From IMG/VR virus record IMGVR_UViG_3300023184_000034, positions 64,001-128,000 of that record: a stretch of 64,000 bases of DNA. One strand, 5' to 3'. The first letter of the stretch is position 1. The number at the start of each line of letters is the position of its first letter. Under the pieces are notes generated by a model, which ran no database searches, had not been told where the DNA came from, and was given only the letters and a program-made list of their open reading frames with translations. Below, in pieces: positions 29,690-37,159 of the stretch. The translations under genes and the position numbers were made by a program. The stretch is from a virus.

Positions 29690-30570
29690 AAATTTTCTAT
29701 TCTCTCATGTATCCAAGTATCGATTGCATATTGTTTTAACCAAAACTCAGGAGTATCCATATTATCCACAGCATCAACAATCATATTATGGTATGCTTCT
29801 TCCGGACACCAACCTAAATCAAATTGTTCTATTGTATTATCTGGCATAACAAATGTAATAGAACTATCTTCTTTGTCTATGCTACGCCAATTGGCCGCAC
29901 ACTGCCACTTGTTACCAAAATTAATCACGCACATGTCGTCAACATTGTATGTGCCATTGGGGTCAACAACTCCATAGTCAGTACTATCGATATCTTTTAA
30001 TTTCCAACATTGCATGGCAGTTTGGCCAGATACGTTTTCACGTTTCCAATTAGGGTTCATAGCCACATACAAACTCAACAAGTGTGGCATTAAATCTCTG
30101 CTGACACCTCCAAATGCCAACTTCTTGGTAGTGAACCAACTACCTGGACTAGGAATACAATTCTTTCTAATCCAGTTTATCTTTACAGTCCTGGACTTGC
30201 TTGCCAGTTCAACTAGTTCAGCTATATTACTACGCCACATATTGTTTTTAACCATTATGAAGCGTGTTTGTTTAAATTCAGTTACTAGTTTGGTCCAAGT
30301 ATCGCTCGTAGCAACTCCAGGTTTCTCAATAAACACAATTTTACTGTGCGGAGAAACTCTAGCTGCAATTTCAAAGTGTGTAAAGTTGGGAGTACAGATG
30401 TGAGCAGTATCAAATAAACCGTGTATCAGTAACGCTTTATCAACGGAATCAAAATCTGCACCTTTACTAATATCTCGATCCACTGTGACAACTTTGTGAC
30501 CAAGTTTTGTCAGTACATCTTTGTACAAGTTACCAATACCCATGCCAATGACTAGACTACGCTTGCTCAT
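29686..30570 (-). CDS. Gfo/Idh/MocA-family oxidoreductase
   Basis: VIGMGIG, ICTPNFTH, FIEKPG, GGVSRDLMPH. Confidence 0.85.
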   Translation of the reverse strand: MSKRSLVIGMGIGNLYKDVLTKLGHKVVTVDRDISKGADFDSVDKALLIHGLFDTAHICTPNFTHFEIAARVSPHSKIVFIEKPGVATSDTWTKLVTEFKQTRFIMVKNNMWRSNIAELVELASKSRTVKINWIRKNCIPSPGSWFTTKKLAFGGVSRDLMPHLLSLYVAMNPNWKRENVSGQTAMQCWKLKDIDSTDYGVVDPNGTYNVDDMCVINFGNKWQCAANWRSIDKEDSSITFVMPDNTIEQFDLGWCPEEAYHNMIVDAVDNMDTPEFWLKQYAIDTWIHERIENL

Positions 30571-30802
30571 TTTTATTTTGCTCGTATTGTTTAAAAAGCC
30601 TAGTCACTGGTTCCATTCTCTCTTGAAATACATCAGGCGCCTGAAGTGCTGTACGTTGCATATCCCAGTCCGTTGGATAGTGACGCAAACAATATCTAGC
30701 ACCATCTTTAATTGCTTTAGGAACTCGAGGAGTATTTAGGATCTCAAGTAAGAACTTTTGAGTCTGTACTACTGCTCGATATCTTTCGTCTGGCAGTGTC
30801 AT
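30557..30802 (-). CDS. Small phage hypothetical protein
   Basis: MTLPDERYRAV..TPRVPK..A..CLRHYP. Confidence 0.65.
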   Translation of the reverse strand: MTLPDERYRAVVQTQKFLLEILNTPRVPKAIKDGARYCLRHYPTDWDMQRTALQAPDVFQERMEPVTRLFKQYEQNKNEQA

Positions 30803-32496
30803 TTTTTTACCTGTAATTCTAGCTGGTTTAATTTTGATTCCTCGTCATCACCCCATTCGGGTTCGTCGTCTGATTGTACAGTATCTTCATTGTCTTCTAC
30901 AAAGAATTCGGAGAACTTGCCGCTGGCGTTAACTGTTTTCTTACCAATAGCACCTCGGGTACCAGGAATAGCTTGCCAAAATTTATCAAAGCCGTCAATA
31001 ATTGCCAGTGCTGTTTCTTGATCTGTCGCACTAAAAATAGCATCAACAACATCTTTGAAGTAAACACGTTCAAACTTTTCGTCCACCAGCATTGCAGGAC
31101 ACAGTCCAGAATCGTATTGCCGATTGGCTTCCTGCACACTGTTCAAATGCAACCACACATTATGTCCCATCATGATTGCATATGTAAAACTATCCCAACT
31201 GGTTTTGCCTTCCTTACCAATCTTATTCAAATCACCCGGACCGTAGATACAAATATCTTTCACTTCGACACCGTCCATTAATGGGCTAGTGGTAAACGAT
31301 TCAAAATGCTTGTCTTGCACCACTACTTCTTGGAAGAGACGAGTATCCTTGGCATATTTTTTGTTGTCAAGAGACGGCAACATGCGGTAAAGCCATTTTT
31401 GTCTGTCTTCAATCTCTGTTTGGACATAGATTTGTCCGTTTGCTGTTGCGAGGAAGGGACTTGCGCAATCAAAAGATATGGTAAAGTTTTCATTATGATA
31501 TTTCCTAATAGCTCGTTGTATGTCAGTTAATAACAATGCCCACTCTAGTTTAGAGGTGCCTAGGAAGTGCATCCAGTCTTGATGACCTTTTTCAAGAAGT
31601 CCATCAAACTTCAATGCCACTAATCTACGTAACACTAAATCAACGTCGCACATGTTTTGTCCACCCATGGCCCATCCGTTGAACGGTTTATCATACTTTG
31701 TTGGATCGCAAAAGTCTTTCATTTGCTGATACCAGTCGTTTGCTTGTTTATGGTTTTCGCCTTGCAATACGTTCAAGAACTTACAAGCACCTGTACGATG
31801 TTTGATAAAATATTCGTTATTGTATTTTGTAGCTGCCACTGCTTGATCGTAGTCACCAACTCCGCTGTTTTTAGCACCTACTGGGCTACGACCAACCCAT
31901 GCTGGAATATCCAGTACCATGCCATAGTCCATGAGTGCATCCATCCATGCCAACACTTGCCCACGTTTCTTTTGTGCTGCATCTAGTTTGGCTTGATAAA
32001 GTTTAACATGATCAATCTTATTGTACTTGGGATTACCGTTTTTATCAGTTTTAGGATGACCGGTGGGATGTAATTGCGGTACTAATTCCACACCCTTGGA
32101 CACAGCTTCGGCCATGCGTTGTGCAACTACTGCACCATTAGGATCATTCCACTCACCTTCCCACACACCTTTACCAATCTGAAATCCGCCCGAGTCACCT
32201 AATACCCAACTGGTACTACGGTCTCTATTACGAAACATGTCTTCACTGGGATCAGGTTTTGTCAAATCCAAGTTGGCATGCCCTGCGGAATACAAACAAT
32301 GGTCGAAATAAAATGCCGCATTGGGATTCAAATAGTTCATGGCTTCAATGCCCATGGGTCCAAAACTGGCAGGTATACGTGCAGGATCCACATAGTTACT
32401 GTAACGTTGTTTGCCTATATACGTGCTGTAAAAGCCTGACGTTGCCGGCAAGAAATATGCATAATCGCTTTGAGCTGCTGTCAGATTTTTATTCAT
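30799..32496 (-). CDS. dpdA: TGT-fold DNA guanine transglycosylase (DpdA-like)
   Basis: GDSGGFQ, MVLDIP, NVLQG, GWAMGG, HFLG, SFDCAS motifs in TGT order; no tRNA-TGT Zn site; near queE and folE. Confidence 0.75.
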   Translation of the reverse strand: MNKNLTAAQSDYAYFLPATSGFYSTYIGKQRYSNYVDPARIPASFGPMGIEAMNYLNPNAAFYFDHCLYSAGHANLDLTKPDPSEDMFRNRDRSTSWVLGDSGGFQIGKGVWEGEWNDPNGAVVAQRMAEAVSKGVELVPQLHPTGHPKTDKNGNPKYNKIDHVKLYQAKLDAAQKKRGQVLAWMDALMDYGMVLDIPAWVGRSPVGAKNSGVGDYDQAVAATKYNNEYFIKHRTGACKFLNVLQGENHKQANDWYQQMKDFCDPTKYDKPFNGWAMGGQNMCDVDLVLRRLVALKFDGLLEKGHQDWMHFLGTSKLEWALLLTDIQRAIRKYHNENFTISFDCASPFLATANGQIYVQTEIEDRQKWLYRMLPSLDNKKYAKDTRLFQEVVVQDKHFESFTTSPLMDGVEVKDICIYGPGDLNKIGKEGKTSWDSFTYAIMMGHNVWLHLNSVQEANRQYDSGLCPAMLVDEKFERVYFKDVVDAIFSATDQETALAIIDGFDKFWQAIPGTRGAIGKKTVNASGKFSEFFVEDNEDTVQSDDEPEWGDDEESKLNQLELQVKK

Positions 32497-33227
32497 TATT
32501 TAGATTGTGCTGGCAAAATGTAGTCATACACAGTAATGCCACTGTCGACAGTGATGTTTAATGCACCTGCATCAGCAATACGCATAGAAATATCGCCGGG
32601 CAAGTTCAAAATACTTTGAATGGCTGTGACAGGCCATGACCATGTTTGTTTTAATTTACCATTTACACCTGCTTGGAACACAAAGTTACCAGCATGTGTA
32701 CTTGCATCTCCAAAACTAAACACTAGGTTACCATCTTTGGTGGACACTTGAAATGTCTTTTCATCACTGTGAGCTGCACTTTGGAATTTAAACTTCTGTA
32801 TACTGGCCATACTGGGTTTAAAGTCAATGTCCCATGTTGCGCCTTTGAACTTGACAGTTTTCAACTTTTCATTGATAATGTCTTGGTTCATAAAACGATA
32901 ATCGTTTTCAAAGTCTCCTGCGCCGTTTTGGAAATGTAATCCTGTTGGAATTGTTTCTCCATTACGTTCTTGCTTAACTACTTTAATAGTAAAGTTTTCT
33001 TTGTATTCTGGACATTTGAGAATAATGTCTAACCTGTTAAGGTTAGGCATACCAAATGTGCCTTCAAAGTCCTCTACTGGTGCTTTGGCTTTTGCTGTTA
33101 AGATAACGCTACGGTCTTCAGCCATTGATTCGATCACCGCTTCTTTTTCTGTTGCACTAATTTTAACCAACGGCAAAAAGCCCAAGTTATGTGTATGTGC
33201 CACTAGGTCTTGTAAAAAGTCTTTCAT
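32496..33227 (-). CDS. Sliding clamp (gp45-like)
   Basis: About 240 aa, two-domain beta pattern, ends YILPA; lies near the DNA polymerase; a clamp loader is also in the window. Confidence 0.65.
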   Translation of the reverse strand: MKDFLQDLVAHTHNLGFLPLVKISATEKEAVIESMAEDRSVILTAKAKAPVEDFEGTFGMPNLNRLDIILKCPEYKENFTIKVVKQERNGETIPTGLHFQNGAGDFENDYRFMNQDIINEKLKTVKFKGATWDIDFKPSMASIQKFKFQSAAHSDEKTFQVSTKDGNLVFSFGDASTHAGNFVFQAGVNGKLKQTWSWPVTAIQSILNLPGDISMRIADAGALNITVDSGITVYDYILPAQSK

Positions 33228-33245
33228 ATTATTCTCCATCTTTGT

Positions 33246-33274
33246 AGTATATAGGTTTTGTGTGACTATGTCAA
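33246..33274 (-). promoter_or_regulatory. Sigma70-type promoter for the clamp-dpdA operon
   Basis: TTGACA-17 bp-TATACT on the minus strand. Confidence 0.75.
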
Positions 33275-34045
33275 TTATTTTCTAACTCTTTTATTATATT
33301 TTATTGCCGATTCTAAAATACTTACTGATGTACTCAGTCGGTCGGAATACCATACAAACGCATTTGTGTCTTTGGAAAAACAAGATCCTCCAAAACCACG
33401 AAGCCCATCTGGACCAGGCACTTGCATGTGACTTGATCCAATCCTGTTGTCAAGTTTAAGTAAACTGATCACAGTATCAAAATCAACGTTATTAGCAATA
33501 CACATATCATGCAATTGATTAAAAAATGCCACTTTGACACTTAGAAAACAATTGGTTGCATATTTGACCATGCTGGCTTCTGCAACAGTACAGTGGAAAG
33601 ATGATTTGAGTTTTGGCAATGACTCAAAAAAGAGATCTCGCCACATAACTGTATCAATATTTTCTCCACCCAGTATCATGTATGTTTGATTTTTAAAGTC
33701 TTCATCTGCAGTAGAGGCTCTTAAAAATTCTGGACTATAGCAAATACCATGTTTGGGATAAGATGCCATTAGCTTATTTAGGTAATCTGGTACAATTGTG
33801 CATTTAATCAACACTGGCATTGTTTCAGGAATAGTATCCATCACACTGTGTACTTGACTAACATCGCAATCACCCAGTATAGTTGCAGGAGTTCCCACGC
33901 AAATAATTACGCCATCTGCATTTTTATAATCGGACACTATACTATTGTTGATCTGTGGATCAACGATGTGTATAAAATTTTTATCTTTAATAGCGTTGGT
34001 AACAGCCTTGCCAACAAATCCATACCCTGCAATTATAATTTTCAT
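33275..34045 (-). CDS. UDP-glucose/GDP-mannose dehydrogenase-family protein (short form)
   Basis: GYGFVG, ICVGTP, YSPEFLR, KY..N, GFGGSCFSKD; lacks the C-terminal domain. Confidence 0.85.
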   Translation of the reverse strand: MKIIIAGYGFVGKAVTNAIKDKNFIHIVDPQINNSIVSDYKNADGVIICVGTPATILGDCDVSQVHSVMDTIPETMPVLIKCTIVPDYLNKLMASYPKHGICYSPEFLRASTADEDFKNQTYMILGGENIDTVMWRDLFFESLPKLKSSFHCTVAEASMVKYATNCFLSVKVAFFNQLHDMCIANNVDFDTVISLLKLDNRIGSSHMQVPGPDGLRGFGGSCFSKDTNAFVWYSDRLSTSVSILESAIKYNKRVRK

Positions 34046-34046
34046 A

Positions 34047-36716
34047 TTAAAACTCGAATAAACTGTTAAATGTATTTTTTTCTTCTGTGCTGTTGATATC
34101 CCAATTCAACACACCGATCAAGTTGTCTAATTTGTTATCAATAATTGTTTGTTCCATTTCCGCATGGTCAAACGGAAGATCTTTAAACCATTGTGGCAAT
34201 CTCAGTTCATCAACTGGATATGCAACTGACGTGAACTCTAACGGATTGGGTTTGAGTTTACACACAATAACCTTGGCACCGTCGGTTATGTTCATTGAGT
34301 ATTTGTCGTTGTACATGCGTTTGAGCGTGTTCCAATTAATACTGGCTCTAACATGACCGGGCATATTGGCCTTGCCAGCTTTCTTTTCCTTTGCTTGATA
34401 GTCTGTGATGTTGTTGGCACGTTTGGGGCTTCCTTTTTCCCAACCAGGTCTAGCTTTGAATCGAATACGAAATTCGCTGATATGATCCAACACTTGTTGT
34501 TCTGGTTTACCCATGAGAACCATTTCAAGAACATCACTTAAAAAGTTTTGAATAAATTCTGGAGTATCACTGCGTTTGAGATCCAATCCCATGGCCTTGA
34601 TCTTGCCAGCTTTGCCATCTGTGTCCGTGCGTTTGCCTTCTTTGTCATAGTACAACACTGCGTAACGCTTCTTGGTAATAAACAAACTTTTACTACCAAC
34701 AATCTCACGACCTGCTTTGATAACTTCGCCGCGAGATTTGGGACAATGGAATGTGTCCAACATAAACTGTGGAAATGTGGTATTGACTTCTTCTGCTATT
34801 TGGTCGTATAAACCAATCACAGTTTCTCTAGTCCAAGGAATAGCACCTTTATCAATGTCCTTTTGCAATGTTTTGTAAGCACTGAAATAACACGAGTCTG
34901 TATCACCGTAAATAATGGCCTTGCCTCTGTGGTCATACTCACCTGTGATAATCTCATTTACCTTTGATGCCATGTGTTTGACAATTTGTCGACCACTCAA
35001 TGTGGTTGATTGCCCGATACGCTTGTCAAAAAACCTACAACCGTTGTTGAGAATAGCACCATACAGACTGTTAAGATTAATCTTCTTGACCAGTTGACGC
35101 TTGTCCCAGTATTCTTCTTCAACTTTGTTACCACTTTTAATACATTCTTTCAGTTTGGCCTGCATCTCTTTACGTTCACTGTACCAACGTTTTAACAAGC
35201 CTGGAATGATACCTTCTTTTTCGTAAGTGAAGATTGTGCCGTTGGCACTGAGCATCCACGGCTGATTACTTTCAAATATTAATCTGTATACTTCTGCAGC
35301 ACTTAACACATCGCTGGACTTGTCTTCCCAGTCGATGGTGATGTCAGTACCTATTTCTTGTGACATAACAGCTTCAAACTCGTCACAACCAAACTTGCCT
35401 TCCCAAGCAGCCGCAAACGATTTGCCTTTGGCCAGCTGTAATTCAATGAATTCTTCTGTGCGTGTTTGACGCAGTTGTCCAATGATGGTTTCCGGACCCA
35501 TATTGAGTGCTCTAATTGCACTGGGATATAGGCTGTTGATGTCCAATGACCCAACCCAGTCCTGTATACCTTCTTTGGGCACAGCAACATACGCACCTGC
35601 GGCCGCAGTATTTTCTTCACGGTCGTCTTTCTTAACGCGATTAGGCACTTGAAACCCACGACGATGTGCTTCGTTAATGATGGCCTGTTCAGTAACAGCC
35701 ACAGCACCCATTGTGGTCTGTAGCAACACTGTGTTTTCATGTGCCAGTGTGTTGGCTAGATCCAAAAACTTCAGTTTCTTGTCTAGTCTGTCCAACAGTG
35801 ATGTATCTTGTCTGTTGTATTCAATAAACGTTTTAAAATCATTGTTGTACAACTGATCCAGTGTGCCTTCGTACTGTGTTTTACGTTCGCCCAGTTCGTA
35901 TTCAGCAATGGCATCCAGTCTGTATGTGTGACGTTCTTCATACGTGTATTTGCGATACAGTTCAAGACTGTCCAAGTGTACACGACCAATAAAGTCATAT
36001 GTAACTGATTGACGTCCAAACTTTTCGTATTCTCTGCGTTTGGGAAACTGATCAAACAAACAAAAGCGACGAGTGTCATCTTTGCTCAACACCTTGGTCA
36101 CACGGTTAACAGTGTATGGAATATCATAACCTTCACTGTTCCAACCAGTCAGTATGTCAGCATCTTGAATTAGATCTAAAAATGCATCCAACATTTCACC
36201 TTCTGTTTTAAACAGCACAGTGTTGGGGAATTCCTTAATTTCTTCTTGTGCTTGTTCCCAAGTCAATGTCTTGGGAGGCACAGCAAAACAAATTAATGTT
36301 TCCAACCATTGTAGGTGAACAGCAATTGAGGTAATGGGCATGAACGCATCATCTGGTGTGCTGTAGCCACGTTCTGGATCAAAGTCCACTTCGATGTCAA
36401 AAAACGCCACATTGAGTTTTGGAGGATCTTGATTTAAATAATGTTCACTAAGTGTAACAAAGATTGGATTAATGTCGCTTTCAAACAGTTCTTTACTGCT
36501 GTTGATAGCTTGTTCTTTGCGTAGTTCTTTGGTGTTCTTACAGACAATGCGTGTTAATGCATCTCCGTAGATTGATTGATGTTTGCCCTTGGGGTCTTTT
36601 ACATAAAAAGTATGTTTGACAGGAATGTCTCGGAACTCACGTTCACCTTTCTTGTTGCGTTCAACCACTCGAATAACATCATTCTCGCGATCAAACCATG
36701 CATCCACATAGCTCAT
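34047..36716 (-). CDS. Family B DNA polymerase
   Basis: Exonuclease DIEV and GWN..YD; polymerase SLDINSLYPS, KINLNSLYG, YGDTDS, KKRY; start MSYVDA after AAGGAG. Confidence 0.97.
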   Translation of the reverse strand: MSYVDAWFDRENDVIRVVERNKKGEREFRDIPVKHTFYVKDPKGKHQSIYGDALTRIVCKNTKELRKEQAINSSKELFESDINPIFVTLSEHYLNQDPPKLNVAFFDIEVDFDPERGYSTPDDAFMPITSIAVHLQWLETLICFAVPPKTLTWEQAQEEIKEFPNTVLFKTEGEMLDAFLDLIQDADILTGWNSEGYDIPYTVNRVTKVLSKDDTRRFCLFDQFPKRREYEKFGRQSVTYDFIGRVHLDSLELYRKYTYEERHTYRLDAIAEYELGERKTQYEGTLDQLYNNDFKTFIEYNRQDTSLLDRLDKKLKFLDLANTLAHENTVLLQTTMGAVAVTEQAIINEAHRRGFQVPNRVKKDDREENTAAAGAYVAVPKEGIQDWVGSLDINSLYPSAIRALNMGPETIIGQLRQTRTEEFIELQLAKGKSFAAAWEGKFGCDEFEAVMSQEIGTDITIDWEDKSSDVLSAAEVYRLIFESNQPWMLSANGTIFTYEKEGIIPGLLKRWYSERKEMQAKLKECIKSGNKVEEEYWDKRQLVKKINLNSLYGAILNNGCRFFDKRIGQSTTLSGRQIVKHMASKVNEIITGEYDHRGKAIIYGDTDSCYFSAYKTLQKDIDKGAIPWTRETVIGLYDQIAEEVNTTFPQFMLDTFHCPKSRGEVIKAGREIVGSKSLFITKKRYAVLYYDKEGKRTDTDGKAGKIKAMGLDLKRSDTPEFIQNFLSDVLEMVLMGKPEQQVLDHISEFRIRFKARPGWEKGSPKRANNITDYQAKEKKAGKANMPGHVRASINWNTLKRMYNDKYSMNITDGAKVIVCKLKPNPLEFTSVAYPVDELRLPQWFKDLPFDHAEMEQTIIDNKLDNLIGVLNWDINSTEEKNTFNSLFEF

Positions 36717-36727
36717 AATTCTCCTTA

Positions 36728-36773
36728 TGTCATTTAGGGCTGACAAACACCTTACATGCGGTTTATGGCCCGC
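36728..36773 (-). promoter_or_regulatory. Tandem 8-nt-loop hairpins abutting the polymerase RBS (putative translational operator)
   Basis: mRNA GCGG-GCCAUAAA-CCGC ... UGUCA-GCCCUAAA-UGACA-UAAGGAG. Confidence 0.6.
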
Positions 36774-36795
36774 TGACCCTTGCTAGCAATACTTA

Positions 36796-37053
36796 TTAGA
36801 TACGCTTGGTGATATCCAAAATTGCTTCAATCTCTTCCCAATCTGCATTATGCGCACTCCAATCACCCTTGTGAGCAATTTTGATAGCTTTGTTAATGAC
36901 ACTGGGTTTTACTTGTAATTCTTCAGCAACTGCTTTGACTGTTTCTTTCAAACCTTCTGATAGATCTTCAATTTCACGCAGCACTGTGCTGCCTTCTGAA
37001 ATCAAACGCTCTAATTTTGCCTTTTCTTCTGGACCATATGAACGACCTGACAT
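36796..37053 (-). CDS. DsbA/GapR-like dsDNA-binding protein
   Basis: KLERLISEG..EIEDL..LKE..AEEL..KP..INKAIKI; about 85 aa, helical. Confidence 0.6.
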   Translation of the reverse strand: MSGRSYGPEEKAKLERLISEGSTVLREIEDLSEGLKETVKAVAEELQVKPSVINKAIKIAHKGDWSAHNADWEEIEAILDITKRI

Positions 37054-37076
37054 GCTGTCTCCTAATGTATATGCCT

Positions 37077-37105
37077 ATTATACTTTACTTATCCAGCTAA
37101 TGCAA
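37077..37105 (-). promoter_or_regulatory. Sigma70-type promoter
   Basis: TTGCAT-17 bp-TATAAT on the minus strand. Confidence 0.6.
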
Positions 37106-37127
37106 GCGGTTAGATATTTTAGAGGTG

Positions 37128-37154
37128 AAAATGGCAGAATAAATCTGCCATTTT
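37128..37154 (-). terminator. Intrinsic terminator ending the internal-protein block
   Basis: AAAATGGCAGA-5 nt-TCTGCCATTTT just after the stop at 37160. Confidence 0.75.
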
Positions 37155-37159
37155 ATTGA

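Noticed and set aside
30799-32496. Canonical tRNA-guanine transglycosylase (tgt)
   Set aside because: Lacks the CxCxxC..H Zn site, has large insertions, and sits in a replication context; DpdA-like is the better fit.
33275-34045. UDP-glucose dehydrogenase as a pseudogene
   Set aside because: The NAD-binding and catalytic Cys motifs are intact with a clean stop; a short functional form is more plausible.
34047-36746. Intein or intron in the DNA polymerase; longer start at 36746
   Set aside because: Motifs are contiguous at normal length, and the RBS supports the start at 36716.
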